DNA of 64,000 nt from Minisyncoccota bacterium (GCA_041666225.1 JBAYHJ010000005.1:2320-66319), one strand, 5' to 3'. Positions 1 through 10,383 are shown, numbered from the stretch's first letter. The notes: generated by a model from the sequence alone, not told the origin. Program-made: numbers and translations.

Positions 1-909
1 TCTGCCGATGGGCCTATGGGGGGTGGAAATTATGGAGGTCAAGGCGGATTCGGTGGTGGATTTGAAGGTTTTGATTTTTCCGGTTTTCAAAATGGACAAG
101 GTTTTGACATGGGTGATATTGGAGATATTGGAGATATTTTTGGTGACTTTTTTGGTGGCGGAATGGGTAGGGGGACAAAAAATTCTCGTCAAGGCCGAGA
201 TATTCAAACTGAAATTGAATTAACATTTTCCGAATCTATTTTTGGAGTTAAAAAAAGTGTATCGCTAAACAAACAATCAACTTGTGATATTTGTAAAGGT
301 ACCGGAGGAAAAGTTGGAACCAAAATGAATACTTGTAAAACTTGTAATGGTCAAGGTAAGATTCACGAAGTCCGCCGATCAATTCTTGGTTCATTTCAAA
401 CAACAAAAACTTGTGAAGAATGTCTAGGGTCTGGTAAGATTCCATCAGAGAAATGTTCAAACTGTAAAGGGCTTGGAGTTGTTCGAAAACAAAATGAAGT
501 TGAATTAAATATTCCGAGCGGAATAAATAATGGGGAGATGCTAAAAATGTCTGGTGGTGGGGAAGATATTCAAGGAGGCCAATCGGGCGATTTATATATA
601 AAAGTAAAAGTTAAAACTCATGATATTTACAAGCGTGATGGTTTAAATTTAACGATGGATTTACCGATTAAATTAACCGACGCACTTTTGGGAATAACCT
701 ATAATTTAAAAACACTCGAAGGTAACAACATTGAAATTAAAATTCCTGAAGGAATAAATCACAATGAACAACTACGTGTTCGAGGCAAGGGTGTACCATC
801 AACTCGAGGCCGTGGCGATATAATTATTCGTATCCAAGTTAAAATGCCGACAAAACTTTCACGTCGTGAAAAAGAACTTATAGAACAACTCAAAAAAGAA
901 GGGATTTAA
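1..909 (+). CDS. dnaJ: Chaperone DnaJ (5' truncated by window)
   Basis: G/F-rich linker, four CxxCxGxG zinc repeats, DnaJ C-terminal domain; frame open from base 1. Confidence 0.97.
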   Translation, partial: SADGPMGGGNYGGQGGFGGGFEGFDFSGFQNGQGFDMGDIGDIGDIFGDFFGGGMGRGTKNSRQGRDIQTEIELTFSESIFGVKKSVSLNKQSTCDICKGTGGKVGTKMNTCKTCNGQGKIHEVRRSILGSFQTTKTCEECLGSGKIPSEKCSNCKGLGVVRKQNEVELNIPSGINNGEMLKMSGGGEDIQGGQSGDLYIKVKVKTHDIYKRDGLNLTMDLPIKLTDALLGITYNLKTLEGNNIEIKIPEGINHNEQLRVRGKGVPSTRGRGDIIIRIQVKMPTKLSRREKELIEQLKKEGI

Positions 910-1015
910 AATCTTTACAAATATTGAGTTTTTGATACAATTGTCACTATTATTACTTATTGCAGGTCGTAGATACTGAGAGTAAACTCGAAGTACAGAT
1001 ACCTGATATAAAGAG

Positions 1016-2392
1016 ATGAATAAAAGTTCTAAAGCTGGAAAAAAGCTATGGAAAATTGGTTCTAAGGATTTCAATACTCAATATTTTGATTTTAATAAAG
1101 AAGGAGATCTAATTATTAAAGAAGGACACAATATTTACAACGTTAAGTATTTAGCTGAAAAATTTGGGACATCTCTCGAAATTTTCATGCCTTTTATTAT
1201 TGAAGAAAGACTTGAAGACTTACTTGATATTGCTCAAGCATATTCAAAAAAGATTGGTTATAAGGGTAAATTTTTCTATCATTTCCCAATGAAAGTTAAT
1301 CAGAATAAGGAAGCTATAATGGCACTCGTGGGTGAAGGTGCTCATCTTGAAACTTCTTCCTATACTGATTTATATCTTATAAAAAAAATGCTTGAGCAAG
1401 AATCTTTTAATCCAAACATTCGCATTCTTTGTAATGGTCCAAAGACAGATAAATATATGAATCTGATAGATGAACTTCAACATCGGGGAGTTAAAATTTT
1501 TCCAATTATTGAGGCACCTAATGAATTATCATTTCTCCAGCACTCTCGTTATGACGTTGGTATTCGTCTAGATATGCCTGTAAAAGCTGAATCTTATTGG
1601 AACAAAACGATTGATCGTTTTGGTTTTTCTGCGAAGGAAATTTTACAAATGGGTAGTTTTAAAAATCTTAAAATATTACACTATCATATTGGTTCACAAA
1701 TAGAAAAATTATCTGATGTTATAGTACCTATTAAATATGCACTTGACGTTTATTTTAAATTAAAAGAAAAAAATCCTTCCCTTGATACACTCGACATTGG
1801 TGGAGGAATGCCTATTCCTTATGAGAGAAAAAAGAGTTATCCAGTTGATAAATTGATGGAAAAAATTTTTGAAGTTCTCAAATCCGAATCTGAGAAAAGG
1901 GGTGTTCCTCATCCAAATTTAATTTGTGAATGGGGTCGTTATATTGTAGCCCCAGCTCAAATAAATATCTATAAAGTTATTGATACAAAAATAATTAATA
2001 ACAAAAAAGCTGATGCTAATAAATGGTATGTTATTGATGGTAGTTTTATGAATGACCTTTGTGATACTTGGGCTATTGGTCAAAAATGGGCTATAATTCC
2101 TGTAAACATTAAGCAAGACAAAAATCTAACTAAAACATGGCTTGCTGGTTCAACCTGTGATTCAGATGATGTATATAGAGGAACAGAAGGTTTTGTCACT
2201 TTGCCTGATTATGAAGCCAATGGACATCCAATGTATATTGCAGTATTGGATACAGCAGCATATGAAGATGCACTTGTTATGCATCATTGTCTACTTGCAG
2301 GGCCAATGAAAATAATAGTTGAAAATGGTCATATTGTTGTTGCTCGTAAACGTGATACTCCAGAAGATATTGGTAAAGTTTTTGGCTGGTAG
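1016..2392 (+). CDS. speA: Fold-III PLP decarboxylase, probably arginine decarboxylase
   Basis: FPMKVN PLP lysine, HYHIGSQ, DIGGG, EWGRY, TCDSDD motifs; adjacent to agmatine pathway genes. Confidence 0.8.
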   Translation: MNKSSKAGKKLWKIGSKDFNTQYFDFNKEGDLIIKEGHNIYNVKYLAEKFGTSLEIFMPFIIEERLEDLLDIAQAYSKKIGYKGKFFYHFPMKVNQNKEAIMALVGEGAHLETSSYTDLYLIKKMLEQESFNPNIRILCNGPKTDKYMNLIDELQHRGVKIFPIIEAPNELSFLQHSRYDVGIRLDMPVKAESYWNKTIDRFGFSAKEILQMGSFKNLKILHYHIGSQIEKLSDVIVPIKYALDVYFKLKEKNPSLDTLDIGGGMPIPYERKKSYPVDKLMEKIFEVLKSESEKRGVPHPNLICEWGRYIVAPAQINIYKVIDTKIINNKKADANKWYVIDGSFMNDLCDTWAIGQKWAIIPVNIKQDKNLTKTWLAGSTCDSDDVYRGTEGFVTLPDYEANGHPMYIAVLDTAAYEDALVMHHCLLAGPMKIIVENGHIVVARKRDTPEDIGKVFGW

Positions 2393-2483
2393 ATGAATTA
2401 GGGACTAGTAATTAGTTTCTAGGTTCTAGTATTGAAAATTACAAGTGGTATAATAAAAATAATTAATAATTTAGAAAAATATT

Positions 2484-3506
2484 ATGGATACAAAATTACC
2501 AACATTAGAATTTATTTTAAGAAATTTTAAAAATTTTAACTCTCGTGCTACTCGCGATGCAACAATCGCATATTGGAAGCACGTAGAAAAGGGCGGCAAA
2601 ATGTTTTGGGCTGTTGGTGGAGCAATGTCTTCTGCTCAGCTTGGAATTACACTTGCTCCTGCAATTCGTAAGGGTCTTATCTCTGGTATGTCAGTAACAG
2701 GTGCAAATTTAGAAGAATCACTTTTCCGACTTGTTGCTCACAACAGTTATAAAGATTTTCCGGATTATCGATATTTTACAAAAGAAGATGACACAAAAAT
2801 CTTAGAAGACCGCATGCGTCGAGTGACAGACACAAGTATTCCAGAGGATGAAGCATTCCGTGCAGTTGAACAGCAAATCGTTCCTACTTGGAAGAAAGCA
2901 ACAGAAGAAGGAACAAGAAAATTTTGGCATGAATATTTTTACGATTTAATAAAGAGTGTTGAAGAAGAAAAACACGAAGGAAAGAAAGAAGAATGTTGGT
3001 TGCTTGCAGCCGCTGAGAATAATATTCCAATCGTTGTTCCAGGGCACGAAGATTCAACCTTTGGAAATATTTTTGCTTCATATGTAAAAAATAATGAATG
3101 TAGTCCAAACATTGTTAAATCTGGTATTGAATATATGGCCGCTTTTTATGATCAATATCAAACTCTTTCAGAGGGTGAAGGAATTGGATTTTTTCAAATT
3201 GGAGGAGGTATTTCAGGAGATTTTCCTATTTGTGTAGTTCCATCACTTAAATACGATATGCAAATTGACAATGTAAAACCTTGGGCATATTTTTGTCAGA
3301 TTTCTGATTCTACAACTTCATATGGTTCATACTCAGGTGCTACTCCAAACGAAAAAATTACTTGGGATAAACTTACCAAAGATACTCCAATGTTTGTTAT
3401 TGAGTCAGACGCAACTATTGTCGTACCACTAATACTTGAAGCTCTTATGGAGTGTCTTGAAAGTCCAATAGAGGCAAATAGATTAATAGAAAAATATACA
3501 GCTTAA
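2484..3506 (+). CDS. Deoxyhypusine synthase-like protein (probable homospermidine-pathway aminobutyl transferase)
   Basis: TGANLEE, GGGISGDFPIC, YGSYSGATPNEKITWDK, ESDATIV motifs of the bacterial DHS family. Confidence 0.9.
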   Translation: MDTKLPTLEFILRNFKNFNSRATRDATIAYWKHVEKGGKMFWAVGGAMSSAQLGITLAPAIRKGLISGMSVTGANLEESLFRLVAHNSYKDFPDYRYFTKEDDTKILEDRMRRVTDTSIPEDEAFRAVEQQIVPTWKKATEEGTRKFWHEYFYDLIKSVEEEKHEGKKEECWLLAAAENNIPIVVPGHEDSTFGNIFASYVKNNECSPNIVKSGIEYMAAFYDQYQTLSEGEGIGFFQIGGGISGDFPICVVPSLKYDMQIDNVKPWAYFCQISDSTTSYGSYSGATPNEKITWDKLTKDTPMFVIESDATIVVPLILEALMECLESPIEANRLIEKYTA

Positions 3507-3514
3507 TTTAGTAT

Positions 3515-3637
3515 AAGCTATACAAATTATAATAACAAAAAAGTCTGAATCAAGGAGGAGGACGAAGAGCCACCCAGTAGGTGATTCTCCTGAATCAGAC
3601 ACATTTCATAAAATAATTTGTTCCGCTTTAAAATCAC
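3515..3637 (+). repeat. Conserved-flank/variable-core intergenic element, copy 1
   Basis: Both flanks match 33230-33340; ACAAATTAT/ATAATTTGT inverted repeat; GC-rich hairpin core. Confidence 0.8.
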
Positions 3638-4525
3638 ATGAAAAAGAAAATGGTCACAGTTGGACTAGTTCAGAGTGCTGTTTCAGCTAACTTAAAATCA
3701 AATTTAAATAAAACTTTAAAAATGGTAGAAAATGCGGCGAAAAAAGGAGCTGAAATTATTTGCTTGCAAGAACTTTATAAAACACCATATTTCCCAAATA
3801 AGAAAAATGTTAAAATTGAAAGCTATCTTGAAACTATACCCGGTGAATCTACCTTGGCATTTAAGGATATTTCTAAGAAATATAAATGTTCAATAATTTT
3901 ACCAATTTATGAAAAAGCTAAAAATGGTAAACTTTACAATACAGTTGTTGTTATAAATGAAAAAGGGGAAATACAGCCAACATATCGTAAAATTCATATT
4001 CCCCATGATCCAAGTTTTTATGAGAAAGATTATTTTGCCGAAGGGAATAATGGTTATCAATTATTTAAACATAAAGATATTATTTACTCAGTATTAATAT
4101 GTTTTGACCAATGGTTCCCAGAAGCTGCTCGTATGGCCAAACTCTCTGGCACAGAAATGATTTTCTATCCGACAGCTATCGGAAATATAATTGGAGAAAA
4201 ACCAATAGAAGGAGATTGGCATGATGCATGGGAGACGGTTATGCGTGGGCATGCAATTGCCAATAGTTTGCCTGTAATTGCAGTCAATAGAACTGGAACT
4301 GAGGATAAATCAAGATTCTGGGGTCAATCATTTATTTGTGATGCGTTTGGTAAAATTCTCAAGAGAGCTAGTAATAAAAAAGATGAAACTATCGTTGCTA
4401 CTTTAGATTTATCAATGAATGAATATATTTCAGAGGGTTGGGGATTTTTAAGAAATAGAAGGGTAGATACTTATAAATTGATAACAAATAAAATTATTAA
4501 AAAGAAAAATGATAGAAATTCCTAA
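3638..4525 (+). CDS. aguB: N-carbamoylputrescine amidase (nitrilase family)
   Basis: LQEL, YRKIHIP, ICFDQWFPEAAR catalytic E-K-C triad; overlaps aguA. Confidence 0.9.
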   Translation: MKKKMVTVGLVQSAVSANLKSNLNKTLKMVENAAKKGAEIICLQELYKTPYFPNKKNVKIESYLETIPGESTLAFKDISKKYKCSIILPIYEKAKNGKLYNTVVVINEKGEIQPTYRKIHIPHDPSFYEKDYFAEGNNGYQLFKHKDIIYSVLICFDQWFPEAARMAKLSGTEMIFYPTAIGNIIGEKPIEGDWHDAWETVMRGHAIANSLPVIAVNRTGTEDKSRFWGQSFICDAFGKILKRASNKKDETIVATLDLSMNEYISEGWGFLRNRRVDTYKLITNKIIKKKNDRNS

Positions 4526-5561
4526 AGAATTAGGTTTTTATATGCCAGCAGAATGGGAAAAACATTCCGCTGTTTGGCTTGCTTGGCCATATGATGACAC
4601 TACTTTTCCAGGGATGGTTTCTGATATAGAAAAAATATATTGTCAGATTATAAAAGCAATAGAGGATAGTGAAAAAGTAAACTTAATAGTTTTAAATATT
4701 AAAACTCAAAATAAAGTAGAAATATTACTAAAAAGTTTTGGAGTTAATTTAAATAATGTAGTTTTTTATACACAAGAATATGCTGATGTTTGGGTTAGAG
4801 ATTATGCTCCTATAACTTTATTAAATAAAAAAAGCGACAATTTAGCGTTTGTAAAATGGAACTATAATGCCTATGGGAAAAAAGATGATCCCTTTTTTAC
4901 AGATTTATTAAAAGATGATGTTGTTTTTAATAATATTATAAGTGATATAAAATATAAAGTTTTTAAACCAGATATAGTATTGGAAGGCGGAGCAATAGAG
5001 TCTAATGGTGAAGGGGTACTCATGACCACAGAACAGTGCCTTCTTAATCCAAATAGAAACAATGAATTAGATAAAGGGCGTACTGAAATTTATCTAAAGG
5101 CTTATTTGGGGGTAGAGAATATAATTTGGCTTAAAGATGGATTAACTAATGATCATACTGATGGACATATTGATGAAATAGCTCGATTTGTTAGCCCGGA
5201 TACAATTGTTTGTGCTTATGAAAATGACAAAAAAGATTTAAATTTTAATATTTTAAATGATAATTTTAAAATATTAAAAAATGTAAAAGATCAAGGTGGT
5301 AATAAATTTAAAATAATCAAATTACCCATGCCCCATATGAATTATAATAATGGCGAAAAAGCTCCAGTCTCTTATACAAATTTTTATATTGGCAATTCTG
5401 TTATTTTAATGCCAATATTTAATGACCCAAATGACAAAAAGGCAGTAAAAATAATTAAGTCTTTGTTTAAAAATCACAAAATAGTAGAAATAGATTGTTC
5501 AAAAATTATATATGGCGGTGGGGGACTACATTGTATCACAATGCAACAACCTGAACTTTAA
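4509..5561 (+). CDS. aguA: Agmatine deiminase
   Basis: MPAEWE, WVRDY, LEGGAI, DHTDGHID, GGGGLHCITMQQP. Confidence 0.95.
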   Translation: MIEIPKELGFYMPAEWEKHSAVWLAWPYDDTTFPGMVSDIEKIYCQIIKAIEDSEKVNLIVLNIKTQNKVEILLKSFGVNLNNVVFYTQEYADVWVRDYAPITLLNKKSDNLAFVKWNYNAYGKKDDPFFTDLLKDDVVFNNIISDIKYKVFKPDIVLEGGAIESNGEGVLMTTEQCLLNPNRNNELDKGRTEIYLKAYLGVENIIWLKDGLTNDHTDGHIDEIARFVSPDTIVCAYENDKKDLNFNILNDNFKILKNVKDQGGNKFKIIKLPMPHMNYNNGEKAPVSYTNFYIGNSVILMPIFNDPNDKKAVKIIKSLFKNHKIVEIDCSKIIYGGGGLHCITMQQPEL

Positions 5562-5581
5562 TGTGATATAATCATAATTAT

Positions 5582-6508
5582 ATGACATGGTTTTTTATTG
5601 CATTACTAGCTCCAGTTTTTTGGAGTATTAGCACCCATTTTGATAAATATATACTCTCGAGATACAGCAAACGAGGGGGAATGGAATCTGTTTTTTTATT
5701 CTCAACTTTTTTCTCATTAATTTTTGCATTGTTTATATTTTCAATTAAATACAATGAAATTATTTCATATTCTGAATATCAAAATATTTTATTATTCGTT
5801 ATTCCTGGAATTTTAAATGCCTTAGGTTTATATTTTTATTTGAAATCACTAAAAAACGAAGAATCATCTATCGTGGTTGCACTTTTCCAAGTTTCTCCAG
5901 TTTTTGCTTATTTTTTAAGTTATTTAATTTTAGGTGAAATATTAACTAAAATTCAAATCTTTGCATCTATTATAATCTTGTTGGGTGCAACTATTTTATC
6001 TTTTAATATAGAGGAGAAAAGGAAAATTTTAGTAAAATGGGAAATGGTGAGATACATTTTACTCGCTGCTTTATTCTTTGCTCTCAACGATGTTATATTC
6101 AAAGAATTTACAATTTCCCATGGTTCCTTTATTACTTCACTTTTTTATCAGCATATTGGGATTTTTATTGTTGGGTTATTATTTTTTTTATTTAAAAAAC
6201 ATTATAAGGAAGATTTTATTTTATTATTAAAAAATAATAAAATAAAAATTTTTGTTTTAAATGGGGCAACAGAATTGTCTTATGTATTAGGCAATCTTAT
6301 AAGTAATTTTGTAATGCTGTCAGTTCCTGTAGCACTTGTTCTTATCGTTAATACCTACCAGACTGTTTTTACTTTCACTATAGGCTTATTATTAACGTTA
6401 TTTTTACCACACATTGTTACAGAAAAAATATCAAAACGTCATTTAATTCAAAAAATATTGGCCATTACTATCATTATTATAGGTAGCTATTTTCTTTACT
6501 TAAGTTAA
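5582..6508 (+). CDS. DMT/EamA-family transporter
   Basis: About 10 hydrophobic segments in two repeats, LGE motif. Confidence 0.85.
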   Translation: MTWFFIALLAPVFWSISTHFDKYILSRYSKRGGMESVFLFSTFFSLIFALFIFSIKYNEIISYSEYQNILLFVIPGILNALGLYFYLKSLKNEESSIVVALFQVSPVFAYFLSYLILGEILTKIQIFASIIILLGATILSFNIEEKRKILVKWEMVRYILLAALFFALNDVIFKEFTISHGSFITSLFYQHIGIFIVGLLFFLFKKHYKEDFILLLKNNKIKIFVLNGATELSYVLGNLISNFVMLSVPVALVLIVNTYQTVFTFTIGLLLTLFLPHIVTEKISKRHLIQKILAITIIIIGSYFLYLS

Positions 6509-6529
6509 TTTTTTGATTATAATGATCTC

Positions 6530-6646
6530 ATGGATAAAAAATCAAAAGCTTTGATAATAATTTTTCTGATTTTATTAATTATTTCTATGTCTTTTACGTA
6601 TTATCATTTTTTTATAATTCAAGATTTCAATATTTTGAATGATTAA
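6530..6646 (+). CDS. Small single-TM protein (38 aa, MDKKSKALIIIF...), not in ORF track
   Basis: ATG 6 nt after TATAAT (6518-6523); hydrophobic helix; TAA at 6644-6646. Confidence 0.6.
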   Translation: MDKKSKALIIIFLILLIISMSFTYYHFFIIQDFNILND

Positions 6647-6669
6647 GTTGGTTATTCAAAATAAATTCT

Positions 6670-7182
6670 ATGAAATATTATTTTTCTTGGTTAATCAAAA
6701 AAGCTCATAAAGAAAAAATGGCAAGTGGATTTGGTATTGTTGCTATTGAAAAAATAAAAAAAGGTGAAAAAGTTATAGTTTTTGGAGGTTATGTTTTTAC
6801 AAAAAAACAATTTGATACCCTTAGTAAAAAAATGAAAACATACCCTTTTCAATTAGATGATGAATTATATTTTGGGTTGTCAAAATATTCTGAAGTGGAA
6901 GAACCAGATTATTTAAATCATAGTTGTGAACCAAATTGTGGTTTTGTCGGTGAAATTACAATTGCTGCAATGAGAGATATAAATGTAGGTGAACAAATTA
7001 GTATTGATTACGCGATGTGTTCTACTCAAAAAAGATCGTTAACTTCAGACATGAAAAAATGTCTTTGTGGTTCTAACATTTGCCGTGGAAAAATTACATC
7101 AAATGATTGGAAAATAAAAAAATTACAAAAAAAATATAAAGGTTTTTTTCATCCATTTTTAGAAAAAAAATTTAAAATTTAA
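6670..7182 (+). CDS. SET-domain methyltransferase with post-SET cysteines
   Basis: GFGIVA, YLNHSCEPN, GEQISIDY, CLCGSNICRG. Confidence 0.92.
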   Translation: MKYYFSWLIKKAHKEKMASGFGIVAIEKIKKGEKVIVFGGYVFTKKQFDTLSKKMKTYPFQLDDELYFGLSKYSEVEEPDYLNHSCEPNCGFVGEITIAAMRDINVGEQISIDYAMCSTQKRSLTSDMKKCLCGSNICRGKITSNDWKIKKLQKKYKGFFHPFLEKKFKI

Positions 7183-7194
7183 TTAAAAAATATT

Positions 7195-8865
7195 ATGTTA
7201 ACATGTCCATGGGAATCTACACAATACGTTTTCTTTTCAAGTAACGTTCCACCTTTATTTTATTATTCTCATGGTATTTCTATTATATCAGCATTACTTT
7301 TTGCTTTTATTCTATTCAAGGCCAGGAAGGAATTATCAGCAAAAATATTTATAATAATAATATCCTTATTTTCTATTTGGGTTCTACTTGACCAGTATTT
7401 GTGGGCAACAAATATCCCATCCAGTGTTATGTTTTTTTGGTCATTAGTTATACTTGTTGAGGTTTTGTTGTATATTTTTGCCATCTATTTTATAGATGTT
7501 TTTAATGAAAAAAAAGATATTTCTTTTAAAAAGAAATTATTATTGTTTATAATTTTATTACCTGTACTGCTCACACTCCCAACATCATTGAATCTTTCTG
7601 GTTTATATATTAATTCCTGTAATGCAGAAGAGGGATTTATCGCTAAATATTATACTTATATTGTTGAAATATTTTCGGCTTTATGGATTATATACTATAG
7701 CGTTAAATCATACAGAAGAACTAATGATTTTATAAAAAGAAAAAAAATAATGATATCAACTCTTGGTATTTTATTCTTTCTATTGGCTTTATCATCTGGT
7801 AATTTAATTGGTAGTTTTACTGAGCAGTGGGATTATTCACAGTTTGGCTTGTTTGTTATGCCAATTTTAATAGGTGCCTTAGCTTATCTTATTGTCAAAT
7901 ATAATGCTTTTAACGTTAAATTAATGGCGACACAAGTATTAATATGGGGACTTGTTATTTTAATCGGTTCTCAATTTTTCTTTATTAAGATAACGACCAA
8001 TTTTATTCTAAACGGTGTTACTTTTGTTGGTATTATTATATTTGGTCAATTCCTTATTAAATCTGTAAGAAAGGAAGTAGAACAACGAGAATTATTGGAA
8101 TCTTTGACATCAAAGTTGGAACAATCAAACTCAAATCTTGGAGAAGCTAATGAAAAACTTAAAGGATTAGATAAATTAAAAACGGAATTCGTTTCTTTAG
8201 CCTCTCATCAATTACGAAGTCCTCTGACTGCTATTAAGGGTTATACTTCTATGTTATTAGAAGGTGATTATGGAGATATAAACCCTGAGGCTAAAGATAA
8301 AATAGATAGAATAATGGAATCTAGCAATAATCTTACTTTAGTAGTTGAGGATTTATTAAATGTTGCAAAGATTGAACAAGGAGGGATGAAATATATAATG
8401 GTGAAATTTGATTTTGGAGAATTAATTGAAGATACTGTAAAAGATTTGTCTATTACTGCTGAAAAGAAGGGATTAAAATTAATTTTTAATCTTCCAGAAG
8501 ATAAAAAATATTTTGTAAATGGAGATAAAGAAAAGATTAGACAAATTATTATAAATTTGATAGATAATTCAATAAAATATACGACTAATGGAAGTATTGA
8601 GGTGAGTATGAATTCTAAAGATAATAAAATAATAATGGTAATCAAAGACACAGGAGTTGGAATTGAAAAAGGTAAAGAAGAGACTTTGTTTGATAAATTT
8701 ACTCGTGGTGAAGGATCAAAATTAAACACTTCTGGTTCTGGTCTTGGTTTATATCTAGTCAGAGAGATAGCAAAAGCCCATGGCGGGAGAGTTTGGGCTG
8801 AATCCGAAGGATTAGGTAAGGGATCAACCTTCTTTGTTGAGATAGCTGAAGCGAAAGATAATTAA
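7195..8865 (+). CDS. Multi-TM sensor histidine kinase
   Basis: N-terminal TM bundle; ASHQLRSPL H-box; NLIDNSIKY, DTGVGI, GSGLGL; no response regulator adjacent. Confidence 0.95.
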   Translation: MLTCPWESTQYVFFSSNVPPLFYYSHGISIISALLFAFILFKARKELSAKIFIIIISLFSIWVLLDQYLWATNIPSSVMFFWSLVILVEVLLYIFAIYFIDVFNEKKDISFKKKLLLFIILLPVLLTLPTSLNLSGLYINSCNAEEGFIAKYYTYIVEIFSALWIIYYSVKSYRRTNDFIKRKKIMISTLGILFFLLALSSGNLIGSFTEQWDYSQFGLFVMPILIGALAYLIVKYNAFNVKLMATQVLIWGLVILIGSQFFFIKITTNFILNGVTFVGIIIFGQFLIKSVRKEVEQRELLESLTSKLEQSNSNLGEANEKLKGLDKLKTEFVSLASHQLRSPLTAIKGYTSMLLEGDYGDINPEAKDKIDRIMESSNNLTLVVEDLLNVAKIEQGGMKYIMVKFDFGELIEDTVKDLSITAEKKGLKLIFNLPEDKKYFVNGDKEKIRQIIINLIDNSIKYTTNGSIEVSMNSKDNKIIMVIKDTGVGIEKGKEETLFDKFTRGEGSKLNTSGSGLGLYLVREIAKAHGGRVWAESEGLGKGSTFFVEIAEAKDN

Positions 8866-8900
8866 TAATTACTGATTACCAATTAATAATTAGAATAATT

Positions 8901-8931
8901 AAAAAATACTAGGCCTTGCCTAGTATTTTTT
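8901..8931. terminator. Bidirectional intrinsic terminator
   Basis: aaaaaatactaggc-ctt-gcctagtatttttt between convergent genes. Confidence 0.85.
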
Positions 8932-8935
8932 AAAA

Positions 8936-10141
8936 TTACAATTTTAATAATTCTGCCACATAATCAATATCTTTATCTCCACGACCAGAGAGATTTACTA
9001 TTATTATTTTATCTTTATCTAATTTTGGTGCTAGTTTTATTGCATAAGCAATAGCATGAGCACTTTCAAGGGCTGGGATTATGCCTTCAACTTTAGATAA
9101 TTCAAGGAAAGCCTTAATCGTCTCATCATCAGAGGCAGAAGTATATTGAACCCTTCCTATATCTTTTAAATAAGCATGGATAGGTCCAACACCAGGGTAA
9201 TCTAATCCAGATGCAATAGAGTGAACACTATTAGGTTCTCCTTTTTCATTTTGTAATACAATAGTCTTCATACCATGTATTACACCCTCTGTCCCATAAG
9301 TAATAGTAGCTGCATGTTCACCAATACTTGAACCTTTGCCAGCTGGCTCTACTCCAATAAGTTTAACTTCGTCATCAAGAAATTCGTGGAATAATCCAAT
9401 GGCATTAGAACCACCACCAACACAACCAATTATATAATCTGGGAGTCTTTTTTCTTGTTTTAAGATTTGTTCTTTCGCTTCCTTTCCCACAATAGATTGA
9501 AAATCTCTTACTATCATTGGGTAAGGATGAGGTCCAACTACTGAACCTATGGCAAAGAAAGTAGTTTTATATTCTTCTATAAACTTAGCGAAGGCGCTAT
9601 CTACAGCATCTTTAAGACATTTACCCCCTGTATTAACTTCTACAACTTTCGCCCCTAGTAATTTCATGCGAATGACATTTGGTTGTTGTTTTTCTATGTC
9701 AATAGAACCCATATGAATTTCACATTCAAGACCAAGTAGAGCTGCTGCTGTGGCAAGAGCTACTCCATGTTGACCCGCTCCTGTTTCAGCTAGAACTTTT
9801 TTCTTACCCATTCTTTTTGCAAGTAATACTTCTCCAATACAATGATTTATCTTATGAGCACCAGTATGATTTAAATCTTCACGTTTAAGATAAATTTTTG
9901 CACCACCTAATTTTTCTGTTAGATTTTTTGCAAAATAGAGTGGGGAAGGACGACCAACATAATTTTTTAGTAAATCAGCGTATTCTTTTTGAAACTCTGG
10001 GTCATTTTTTGCTTTTAAATATTCTCTTTCTATTTCTTTTAATGGTCCTACTAATTGTGGTGGAACATAACTTCCTCCGAATTTTCCATAATACCCCTTT
10101 TCATCTGGTAAATTTTTCAATGATTTAATTTTGTTTTTCAT
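8936..10141 (-). CDS. trpB: Tryptophan synthase beta chain (stand-alone; frame is open to 10237)
   Basis: [53 protein letters not shown]. Confidence 0.97.
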   Translation of the reverse strand: MKNKIKSLKNLPDEKGYYGKFGGSYVPPQLVGPLKEIEREYLKAKNDPEFQKEYADLLKNYVGRPSPLYFAKNLTEKLGGAKIYLKREDLNHTGAHKINHCIGEVLLAKRMGKKKVLAETGAGQHGVALATAAALLGLECEIHMGSIDIEKQQPNVIRMKLLGAKVVEVNTGGKCLKDAVDSAFAKFIEEYKTTFFAIGSVVGPHPYPMIVRDFQSIVGKEAKEQILKQEKRLPDYIIGCVGGGSNAIGLFHEFLDDEVKLIGVEPAGKGSSIGEHAATITYGTEGVIHGMKTIVLQNEKGEPNSVHSIASGLDYPGVGPIHAYLKDIGRVQYTSASDDETIKAFLELSKVEGIIPALESAHAIAYAIKLAPKLDKDKIIIVNLSGRGDKDIDYVAELLKL

Positions 10142-10251
10142 ATAATTTGTATTTTTAAAATAGTAATGTAAAAACTTAGCGCTTTTTAAACTACGCCAGA
10201 ATTCAGTACAATGTTGTTTAAAAATAAATTTATTCATATGATTTTAAATTA

Positions 10252-10282
10252 AAAATAAAAAATCCCACAATTTTTGTGGGTT
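10252..10282 (-). terminator. trp attenuator terminator
   Basis: Minus strand aacccacaa-aaa-ttgtgggatt followed by a U tract. Confidence 0.85.
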
Positions 10283-10323
10283 GTCATGTATTATTTAAAA
10301 ATAATTATAAATACAATAAAAGA

Positions 10324-10383
10324 CTACCCACTTATGTGAGTTGTCCACCATGCTGTATTAATATTAATACTCTTTATTAACAT
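10324..10383 (-). CDS. trpL: Trp leader peptide MLIKSININTAWWTTHISG
   Basis: Tandem TGG TGG upstream of trpB; alternative 1:2, 2:3 and 3:4 pairings; ATG 6 nt after TACAAT. Confidence 0.88.
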   Translation of the reverse strand: MLIKSININTAWWTTHISG

